This document shows positions 57,187-64,000 of a stretch of DNA of 64,000 nucleotides, piece after piece (within the stretch, counting starts at the first letter, position 1; each line of letters starts with the position of its first letter). The notes beneath the pieces were generated by a model. That model was given only the letters and a program-made list of their open reading frames with translations. It did no database searches and was not told the DNA's origin. A program made the translations under genes and the position numbers. The DNA comes from Candidatus Thorarchaeota archaeon (GTDB lineage Archaea > Asgardarchaeota > Thorarchaeia > Thorarchaeales > Thorarchaeaceae), in the NCBI GenBank assembly GCA_011364985.1, contig RDOC01000002.1:123538-187537 (forward strand), written 5' to 3'.

Positions 57187-57432
57187 TCACAGTTTCCTGT
57201 ATTTTGGAACAATCTCTTTGATTATCTTTTCAAAGCTAGGTATCTGACCAGGAGCGAAGAATGGATAATAGAATATGAGTCCATTGATTCCAATCGCTGT
57301 ATATCTATTCACAACTTCTGCAAAGTGCATTTCCGAGGCAAAGGCGATGTTTGCTTCCGAACCAAATACTAGCAGCGAACGCCTAACTGATACCAGGTCC
57401 CTTGAGTCTGGAATGCCAGATCGAACAGATTC
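57187..57432 (-). pseudogene. C-terminal remnant of an LLM/luciferase-like oxidoreductase
   Basis: An 81-codon open frame without a start codon, ending ...VVNRYTAIGINGLIFYYPFFAPGQIPSFEKIIKEIVPKYRKL. This resembles the C-terminus of F420/FMN-dependent LLM enzymes. Confidence 0.4.
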
Positions 57433-57474
57433 CTATTTGACAGGTAGAGTCAAGTATTTCTTCTGCAACTACAA

Positions 57475-58557
57475 GTGAGAAACAAATGTGAATGCCATTT
57501 ATTCCGGTTTCAAATAAAGGGATACCATAAATTTACTAATGTCATGAGAAGTATATCCGAGTCAACTGATTTGAATAGCATCTTTAGAAATATGACACTT
57601 GGATACTGGTTGAGGGCTTCGTTTCAAATAGCTATTCTGCTCGTATTGCCCTATGGGATTGACTTCTGGAATATCAACACGTTGGATTGTCTGTACTATC
57701 ATTCAATCGCTTTTCATCTGATGTTCTCTGGATACTATGCAGAATTGGATGTGGAGTTCGCTAATTTCCTTACATTTCTTTTTGCAATTATTCTTTGTAT
57801 CCCAGCTATTCTCTTCGATACGCTTCTCTTTAGGGCAGAAAAAGGCAAGCCAATTCGGATTCCAGGAATAGTAGTTATTCTTACCACAGTTCTTCTTGTC
57901 ATCCTGCTCGGTCAGGAACTACCTAATCTGGCTTTTCCAGGATTTCAAGTTCTTCTAACTGGGAACCTTCTCCGTTTTACAAACCTTGTTCTAGTAGTGC
58001 TTGTATTCCTTCCTATTCTCAGCAGAGAAACTTCACTACTTCTTTTCGACAGAGCTAAAGCAGAAGAGAACAATGATGAAGAGAAGCCGGATATGCAACT
58101 CAGAAACCAGTTTCTTGGTGTCACATTGGGGCTGCTGATTCTTGTGATGCCCTACGTTCTTCTTGTTGATATCCATACATCTTTCCGACTTGATTTTCAT
58201 CTGTTTGCAAGTGTTGCCTACTTTATGATTGAGTGCGACGTACGTTATAACTACACAGCAATCAGCTTCTCTGCTGTCAGTATATACAATCTAGTTTTGT
58301 ATCTTCTAGTTGCAAGTCTTCAGGTGATGTATTCCTATGGTGTTCTAAGATACCTTAGGGGTCTAGAAAGTCGAAATCAAACTTTAATCTGTGGTGTACT
58401 TGGTCTACTGCTCCCCCTTGCTGTCTTCTCGATAGTATCACCTTTCTATGTCCGCGGCCAGCTTTCATATCCGGCTCCCTTTCCAGTTGTTTTCTTGCTC
58501 GGCATTGCTGTCCTATGGTCTGTGAAACCTCTAGGGATACGTGTGATTGAAGCCTGA
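57475..58557 (+). CDS. polytopic membrane protein (about 9 TM), unknown function
   Basis: 360 aa with many hydrophobic helices. The start is likely an internal Met. Confidence 0.55.
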   Translation: MRNKCECHLFRFQIKGYHKFTNVMRSISESTDLNSIFRNMTLGYWLRASFQIAILLVLPYGIDFWNINTLDCLYYHSIAFHLMFSGYYAELDVEFANFLTFLFAIILCIPAILFDTLLFRAEKGKPIRIPGIVVILTTVLLVILLGQELPNLAFPGFQVLLTGNLLRFTNLVLVVLVFLPILSRETSLLLFDRAKAEENNDEEKPDMQLRNQFLGVTLGLLILVMPYVLLVDIHTSFRLDFHLFASVAYFMIECDVRYNYTAISFSAVSIYNLVLYLLVASLQVMYSYGVLRYLRGLESRNQTLICGVLGLLLPLAVFSIVSPFYVRGQLSYPAPFPVVFLLGIAVLWSVKPLGIRVIEA

Positions 58558-58603
58558 ATCTCACATGATCTTGAAGGAAAAACTGTATGTTCAGCCAAAA
58601 GAA

Positions 58604-58634
58604 TTGGCGCTCCCGCCGGAACTTAAACCCGGGT
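58604..58634 (-). other. orphan tRNA-Asp-like 3' fragment (T arm + acceptor 3' strand + CCA)
   Basis: The minus strand GACCCGGGTTTAAGTTCCGGCGGGAGCGCCA matches 26 of 31 nt of the 3' end of tRNA-Asp at 61011-61041. No 5' half is present. It abuts the stop codon of the 379-aa ORF. Confidence 0.6.
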
Positions 58635-59773
58635 CAATGCCCTCGTTCAATCAGTGTGTTCACTTGTTTCTGCGTTAGCATCGAGAAATCAGTAAGTCTA
58701 GATTGCACGAGATTGCCAAATTCCTCCTTACTAATTGGTGTAATAAGCTCAGTTAGCTGTTTTATCAGTCCAAATGACACATTAAGTGCAGGTCCACTTG
58801 ATTTTCTTGCTTTTGACGCTTTGCCTTTCTTACCCCCTAGTCCTTTTACCCAATCAGTCATCGCTTTATAGACTTCATCCTTGCTTTTACCATCAACTAC
58901 TCCATGCGTTTTGCTATAAATTTGCCAAAGTTCATCAAATTTCCCTTGAGTAATATTCTCTAGCGGACTATATCCTCTAATTCCATCAGGATACACCCAA
59001 ATGAATGCATATGCATCACTGTATCTTGGAAGTTGAGGAGTGTTGTAAGGAAGAAGCAACATTTTCAAACCATTTTCATGGAATCCAAATCTGCTGGATG
59101 AAATCTTGACCAAAATGCCTCTGAATGACTCCTGAAGTTTCTTGAATGCTCTTTCAAATGATTCGGAAACCATAGTCTGAACACGCAAGCAAGGTTTCTC
59201 GTTGCCATACTCTTCTAGGATTTCTCTACAAAAGTCATCATACTCAGCCCCAAGAATCATTTGTTCGACTTTGGAACGTGTTTCCATTTTTGTTTCGTCA
59301 ATCGGTTCCAAAGATTCATAGAACTCATCTATTGCATCAGGTCGAATTTCCCATATCACGCCTTCAGTTGCAACATCATCCGTTGCCTGTCTAATATCAG
59401 CTGGAAGAAATGGTCTGAATGCACCTGTTCTGGCTCTGATTACATGTTTTGCAACTCCAATTAGCGACTCATCGTCTAGTTGTTTCGATTTGATTTCTTC
59501 GTCACTCACAAAGACAGTTAGCTTTCTTCCACCATATCTACGGAATTGTTTCTCTTCTTCCTTTTCTCTAATTACCACTTCTGGGGTAGCAGTTAGAAGG
59601 GCCTTGGAAAATACCGTTTCCGTGTTTTTGTTTATTTTCTCAAGGATAGGATTCCAACCCTCTCCCATAAACTTCCTTTTTCTCCACCAATGTCTTGGCT
59701 TGGAAAGCTGCCTGCGTATCCAATTTCCTATATCCTTAAGTAACGTGTATGCAAAGGATACATCTACCCCCAC
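58634..59773 (-). CDS. hypothetical protein (379 aa)
   Basis: GTG start, basic patches (RHWWRKRK, GGKKGKASKARK) and no recognisable catalytic motif. Confidence 0.55.
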   Translation of the reverse strand: MGVDVSFAYTLLKDIGNWIRRQLSKPRHWWRKRKFMGEGWNPILEKINKNTETVFSKALLTATPEVVIREKEEEKQFRRYGGRKLTVFVSDEEIKSKQLDDESLIGVAKHVIRARTGAFRPFLPADIRQATDDVATEGVIWEIRPDAIDEFYESLEPIDETKMETRSKVEQMILGAEYDDFCREILEEYGNEKPCLRVQTMVSESFERAFKKLQESFRGILVKISSSRFGFHENGLKMLLLPYNTPQLPRYSDAYAFIWVYPDGIRGYSPLENITQGKFDELWQIYSKTHGVVDGKSKDEVYKAMTDWVKGLGGKKGKASKARKSSGPALNVSFGLIKQLTELITPISKEEFGNLVQSRLTDFSMLTQKQVNTLIERGH

Positions 59774-59798
59774 TACTTATTGCCCTCCCTTAAGTTAA

Positions 59799-60140
59799 TC
59801 AAGATGCGTCTTCTTCGCAATCCCACATCTTTTCTTCGAGTTGCCTCATATATAATTCCAAGCATGATGGGTTCTTGCATACAAATTCAATTTCGCCATT
59901 CATCTCATCTTCTGCAAGAGTTCCTAGGTTTTGAAATGATATCGCATTTCCACATGCAGCACAAGTCATTCTCCCCAATTCGAAATCTTTCCAGACTTTC
60001 CGTTTTCGGAGTATATACTCTACCTCAAAGGCGTCAACTGGATCCATTTGCAGCCTTGACCTAACATATCCTATCCCCTTAGCTGTAGATATAGTTGCAA
60101 TGAAGAAACCTACTACAATGATTAGTTCAAATGGCCACAT
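59799..60140 (-). CDS. membrane-anchored zinc-ribbon protein (113 aa)
   Basis: N-terminal TM helix (FELIIVVGFFIATIS), then CAAC...C-x4-C. Confidence 0.5.
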   Translation of the reverse strand: MWPFELIIVVGFFIATISTAKGIGYVRSRLQMDPVDAFEVEYILRKRKVWKDFELGRMTCAACGNAISFQNLGTLAEDEMNGEIEFVCKNPSCLELYMRQLEEKMWDCEEDAS

Positions 60141-60396
60141 ACCACCACTTCACGGTCCATTTCTTTTGCACAAACTCAATCTCATCTCGGAATCGGTGAG
60201 ATTTAACTTTTGGGTCAATGCATCTCTTTGCTAAGTAGACATGGATTTGAATATTTATCGTATTAAGAAACTCAAATTCGAAGAATAATTCAGGAAGATT
60301 CACGAACTTCTTCGTAATCGATTTTCAGAACTGGCACCCCTTGTTTCTTTACAACAGTCATAAGACCTTCATCATCCAGAGTATAGCCTCTTTCAC

Positions 60397-60615
60397 TTAG
60401 GAAATTAAAACCTTCGCATTCCCCTCCATTAGAATATAGTATTCATTGAACCATTCCATGAAATCTTGACGAAACAGTACGGTAAAGAGCTTGACACGTT
60501 CCCTGAAGATCTTCGCCCTCACTCCACCTTCAAGTATAGCAATGAAGAAGGCAAGCAGACTTGAAGTAAGAAATCCTGTTATTAAATTCCCAATAACGCC
60601 TACAAAGTAGTTCAT
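60397..60615 (-). CDS. small membrane protein (72 aa)
   Basis: N-terminal TM helix or helices (FVGVIGNLITGFLTSSLLAFFIAIL). Confidence 0.4.
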   Translation of the reverse strand: MNYFVGVIGNLITGFLTSSLLAFFIAILEGGVRAKIFRERVKLFTVLFRQDFMEWFNEYYILMEGNAKVLIS

Positions 60616-60933
60616 TTTCGGATGGATACTGCATGAACCAAATCAAAGCCATTATACTTGCACACAATACAAAACTCGTTGTTTTGTGAACTCGATGACC
60701 AAATCACGTTCATGAGTTGTGAATTCAAACCCCTCTGGTATTTCGGGACCATTTTCTTTATTCATTTTCAAATCATGCCCAAGTAGTGAAACCTTCTAGT
60801 GTCACATTGTCATGAGAACTGATAAACCTGCACTCAGATAGAGTGACCTTCAAGAAACACTGTGAAACCGATTTTGCCATTGTTCAAGAACGACAACTTT
60901 AATAGAAAACCAAAAGTGGAGCAGTCGAACCAT

Positions 60934-61041
60934 GCCCCTGTAGTGTAGTACGGTCAGTACTCCAGATGACCTGAAGTATCCGGAATAGCATTCAAGACTG
61001 TCACTCTTGAGACCCGGGTTCGAATCCCGGCGGGGGCGCCA
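60934..61041 (+). tRNA. tRNA-Asp(GTC) with a roughly 30-nt intron between D arm and anticodon stem; CCA encoded
   Basis: Acceptor GCCCCTG/CGGGGGC. Anticodon arm TCAAGA-CTGTCAC-TCTTGA. T arm CCGGG-TTCGAAT-CCCGG. Extra sequence CCAGATGACC...AGCAT follows the D stem. Confidence 0.8.
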
Positions 61042-61059
61042 TCTCCTTTTCGGGAAGAA

Positions 61060-61497
61060 TCAGGAATAGTCTATTCTTACTCCCCTCTTCTCAAGTGCAT
61101 CCATGATCTCCTTCAAAATCTCATCATTTTCATCAGAAGTCACCCTACGACCCCTTAGATTGCATCGGACTTCTCGTTCAATGTAATCAGCCGATATTGA
61201 TTGAATCTTCACAAGCTCAGACGAGAGCGATAACAGAACCAATTCCGTAAAGTCAGTATCATCCTCCACATTGCACAAGTGAACGACAACATTCAACATT
61301 CTTCCACGGATAGATTCTTCAATGCGGGCACTGACAGAAAGCGTGGTAGCTTCCAACTCAACAAGATGGTTCAGCAGATGCCAGTTCTTGGCAAGCCAAG
61401 CTGCGCTTCTTCCAGAGGAAGTGGGAGAGGGTACAGAAATGTATTGCGTGAAGTGGACTTTGTCTTCTATTCGCTCATTCATCAAATGGATTTTCAA
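61060..61497 (-). CDS. small protein (145 aa), partner of the upstream nuclease-motif gene; paralog of 52264..52587
   Basis: Its 5' end overlaps the stop of the 585-aa ORF by 23 nt. It shares the conserved core VVVHLCNVEDDTDFTELVLLSL...EVRCNLRGRRVTSDENDEILKEIMDALEKRG with the 107-aa ORF. Confidence 0.6.
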   Translation of the reverse strand: MKIHLMNERIEDKVHFTQYISVPSPTSSGRSAAWLAKNWHLLNHLVELEATTLSVSARIEESIRGRMLNVVVHLCNVEDDTDFTELVLLSLSSELVKIQSISADYIEREVRCNLRGRRVTSDENDEILKEIMDALEKRGVRIDYS

Positions 61498-63232
61498 AAC
61501 GTATTGATTCCGAAGGAACGATTTTCTTCAAAATATGCTTAGGACCTTTAGCTGGAACCATCGTGATTGCAATTCTGGGCACTGCTTTGCTAGAATCTGT
61601 GTTTTCAAATGTCAGCGTCGCCCATTTTTCATAGAATTCGCCCATCACTAGCGAATCAGCAAGTTGACTAACGAGTTGATCAAAGACCTTCTTTGTGATT
61701 TCATAATCTTGAGATATATCAAGTGTCACAACGCCCTTCCAGAGGGTTTTCAGTTCTAGAACATCACCAGCAAGTGCATTGTATTCCGCAAGTATCGATT
61801 GTTCATATGCATCTAATTGGCCAAGATGAGAATGCGGAGGAATAGAATCCAGCATTGCTTTCCATTCAGCTTCTGTAAGACTTTCTTTCCATGAATAGAA
61901 TTCAGGAGCATAAACATTCGATTCTTTGGTTCGAGGTTTCCTACCGTAGAGGTTGAAACGAAACCCTGCTTTTGTCTTCACCTCAAGTATCATAATTGGG
62001 GTCCAGATGTACTGATTCGCAGCTTTCTTGTTACGAACAAAGAGAACAAGATCAATCCTACCAGCTCCTTGAGGTCCAGTAACAGGGACTTCTGCAAGAT
62101 ACTGCATTCCAGACGGCTCCTGTAGAAGGTCGTCACCAGCAAAGACGGCTGCTTTCAGAGAACTAGGATGTGAAAATCCTGAGAGCAGAACTCTATGCCA
62201 GTCGTTTCCTTCTCGTTGTGTCTTTTTGCTAACTTCTTCAATGAAATTGGAAATATCGGCATCTCCAACTATATCATTCTCAATATGAGCAAGGATAACC
62301 TGTCCTCTTTTCCCAGTGGAGTCATCCTTTTCCATCTCAGCTTTTGCCTTGCCCATGAGAAAATCAACCCCTGGATTCTCAGTTGGACCCTCTATCTGCT
62401 CACTGATTCTCTTGGCACTGCCAATTCTTTGACTAAACCGAGTTCTAATCTCAAGCACAAGTCTACGAAGCTCTTGGTCTGCATCCGGATAGAAGTTTTT
62501 TCGACCAATCCTTCCTCCCGTGTAAATCCAATCAAGGAAAGGAATCAATCTATGAGTCAAAAGTCGAATGTATCTCTGACTCTCCTTTCGTGGAACACCA
62601 TGGATGAAGCATTGACGACACAACTCAACTAGATGAGCACGAATCATATCACCGAAATCAAGAGCGGGAAGCGTGGGATGGGTGAGTAGTATCCGAGGTT
62701 TCTTGGAGTTGCCTGGATATCCAGCTTTTAGATGAACCTTGGCATCTTCTAAGGTTGACAATTCATCAGCTACACGCTTTGGGATAACCTTCGTGCGGCC
62801 GTCTGAGAATTGCCTAATTTCATAGAGTTGTGGGTTTGGAAAGGGATATCTAGTGACCAGCAGATCACGTAGCGTAGAGCCTGCAGAATTGAGTAGGGCA
62901 TTAAGGGGACCGACAGTCCCCTCTCTCCAGCTGTATACCCGTTTGAACTCCTTGTTACCATATCTTGCGGTACTATACCAAAGCATTTTGAGATATAATC
63001 TTCTCAATACTGGTTCTATACCTTGTACTGAAGAGAAGTCATGAGAGCCCTTAGCTTTGGATGATTTCCACTCCTTGCGTGCGATTTTCCAGTTCTTGCT
63101 AATCTGCTGATAGAACCTGTACGTCTTTGCATTCTTCCGTTTTGATGCCAATCTTACAAGGGCTGACAATCCAGCATAAATCGCATCTGCCAAGACCACA
63201 TTTGGTCTGAATTCCTGAATTTTCCGCCCCAA
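61475..63232 (-). CDS. 585-aa protein with C-terminal RecB/Cas4-type PD-(D/E)xK nuclease motifs and an uncharacterised N-terminal region
   Basis: E381 (YLAEVPV), D394 (GAGRIDLVLF), E417-V-K419 (MILEVKTK) and Q472-x3-Y476 (GQLDAYEQ). TTG start preceded by GAGGAG. Confidence 0.65.
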   Translation of the reverse strand: MGRKIQEFRPNVVLADAIYAGLSALVRLASKRKNAKTYRFYQQISKNWKIARKEWKSSKAKGSHDFSSVQGIEPVLRRLYLKMLWYSTARYGNKEFKRVYSWREGTVGPLNALLNSAGSTLRDLLVTRYPFPNPQLYEIRQFSDGRTKVIPKRVADELSTLEDAKVHLKAGYPGNSKKPRILLTHPTLPALDFGDMIRAHLVELCRQCFIHGVPRKESQRYIRLLTHRLIPFLDWIYTGGRIGRKNFYPDADQELRRLVLEIRTRFSQRIGSAKRISEQIEGPTENPGVDFLMGKAKAEMEKDDSTGKRGQVILAHIENDIVGDADISNFIEEVSKKTQREGNDWHRVLLSGFSHPSSLKAAVFAGDDLLQEPSGMQYLAEVPVTGPQGAGRIDLVLFVRNKKAANQYIWTPIMILEVKTKAGFRFNLYGRKPRTKESNVYAPEFYSWKESLTEAEWKAMLDSIPPHSHLGQLDAYEQSILAEYNALAGDVLELKTLWKGVVTLDISQDYEITKKVFDQLVSQLADSLVMGEFYEKWATLTFENTDSSKAVPRIAITMVPAKGPKHILKKIVPSESIRFENPFDE

Positions 63233-63260
63233 ATAGACTCCTCGATACTTAGAATCCCTT

Positions 63261-63270
63261 TTTATTTATA
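63261..63270 (-). promoter_or_regulatory. TATA-box-like element for the 585-aa gene
   Basis: The minus strand reads TTATAAATAA about 30-40 nt upstream of the TTG start. Confidence 0.35.
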
Positions 63271-63548
63271 AGTAATTCTTCCCTATTTGGAAATCTCCAT
63301 TACTAATTTAAAGGTCGCATATGGCTTCTTTAAAAGAATAAAGGCCTATTAGATTATTTTGTTTAATAAGTTTATATTGTTTGTCACAGAAATATGTACG
63401 AGTTCAAAGGCTCTACTCTTGACAATAAAGGGAGTGAACTCAACTGACTCAGAAATGGGTCAGAAGTTTATATTGTATTGGGCGAAAATCAATGGCTCGG
63501 TTTCAAGGAACTACAATCAGCGTCAAGGTCCCGATAAACTGGGAAGCA

Positions 63549-64000
63549 ATGACGATGAAATCTAAGCAGAGGCTTAGACAGATTGTAGGAAGGGACACGA
63601 GGGTGATTCGTGCATTTCTCGGGATAATCGAACAACATGAAAACGACTTGCTTGCTGGTCGCAATAAGCATCGAATTCATGACGGGAAGCTAGACAAGCT
63701 TACCATGACCGCACTCAGAGTCAAGGCTGGCTATGCTCAAAGAGCCAGTGTTCCTCATGACTTCAAGGCTCGCTTCCCACGCATCTCCCAAAACGAGATA
63801 ACCGAGTGTCGACAGACTGCTGTTGCTCTCTACAAGAGCTACCTGAAACTTAGAGCTAAAAGAGGCTTGAATGTTTCACGACCAGCGTCAATCAATCAAA
63901 GCCGACGGATACCAAGATGGGTCTTTTCGCAGAGATTCAAACTTCTTGAGAGAAGTACTGCTGCTTCACGATGGTGGCTTGATATTAGGGACTCTCTTGA
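63549..64000 (+). CDS. tnpB: TnpB-like IS200/IS605 accessory protein, N-terminal part (runs off window)
   Basis: ATG at about 63549, and the frame stays open to nt 64000. It reads MTMKSKQRLRQIV...HDFKARFPRISQNEITECRQTAVALYKSYLKL...IPRWVF, which resembles the N-terminal region of archaeal OrfB/TnpB proteins. It is absent from the ORF track because there is no stop in the window. Confidence 0.6.
   Translation, partial: MTMKSKQRLRQIVGRDTRVIRAFLGIIEQHENDLLAGRNKHRIHDGKLDKLTMTALRVKAGYAQRASVPHDFKARFPRISQNEITECRQTAVALYKSYLKLRAKRGLNVSRPASINQSRRIPRWVFSQRFKLLERSTAASRWWLDIRDSL

Noticed and set aside
58634-59773. The 379-aa ORF as a fragment of an SSV-type integrase split by integration into tRNA-Asp, because the tRNA-like fragment abuts its stop codon.
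   Set aside because: I find no R...HxxR...Y tyrosine-recombinase signature with sensible spacing. The only HxxR (HVIR) lacks the surrounding conserved context.
61475-63232. A HEPN-like Rx4-6H motif (RYIRLLTH) in the N-terminal half of the 585-aa protein.
   Set aside because: A single short pattern match without the flanking helical context is expected by chance in a protein of this size.

Overview
This is an archaeal chromosomal window, AT-rich by eye (not computed). Archaea-specific housekeeping genes are present: PAN, TFE, MBF1, NAC, GatD/GatE, EndA and A/V-ATPase subunit D. There are eight tRNA genes. All encode their CCA end, and six carry introns, several at non-canonical positions.

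Nt 1-47,900 is mostly core metabolism and information processing: iorAB, hypF, ADP-forming acetyl-CoA synthetase, GH1 glycosidase, pgk, rpiA, mtnA, an ECF transporter and an orphan DUF1156-type DNA methylase. Small uncharacterised genes are scattered through it.

Nt 47,900-64,000 looks accessory. It holds large ORFs with no recognisable motifs, a roughly 1 kb ORF-free stretch with tandem hairpin repeats, three TnpB (IS200/IS605-type) copies or remnants across the whole window, several decayed genes, and a tRNA-Asp locus with an inverted duplicate of its own 3' end.

The candidates I consider most worth follow-up are:
1. A translationally coupled pair at 61.06-63.23 kb: a 585-aa protein with RecB/Cas4-type PD-(D/E)xK motifs plus a 145-aa partner. 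The partner has a paralog at 52.3 kb beside a TnpB remnant.
2. A 2.4 kb three-gene cassette bracketed by inverted tRNA-Asp 3' ends.
3. An Orc1/Cdc6-like AAA+ ATPase without a winged-helix domain, coupled to a ribbon-helix-helix protein and fronted by a perfect 27-nt palindrome.
4. An EndA homolog whose catalytic His is replaced, in a genome with many non-canonical tRNA introns.

No CRISPR array, cas genes or rRNA were seen. Coordinates that I derived by hand (tRNAs, repeats, pseudogene limits) may be off by 1-2 nt. All family assignments rest on motif recognition by eye, not on searches.
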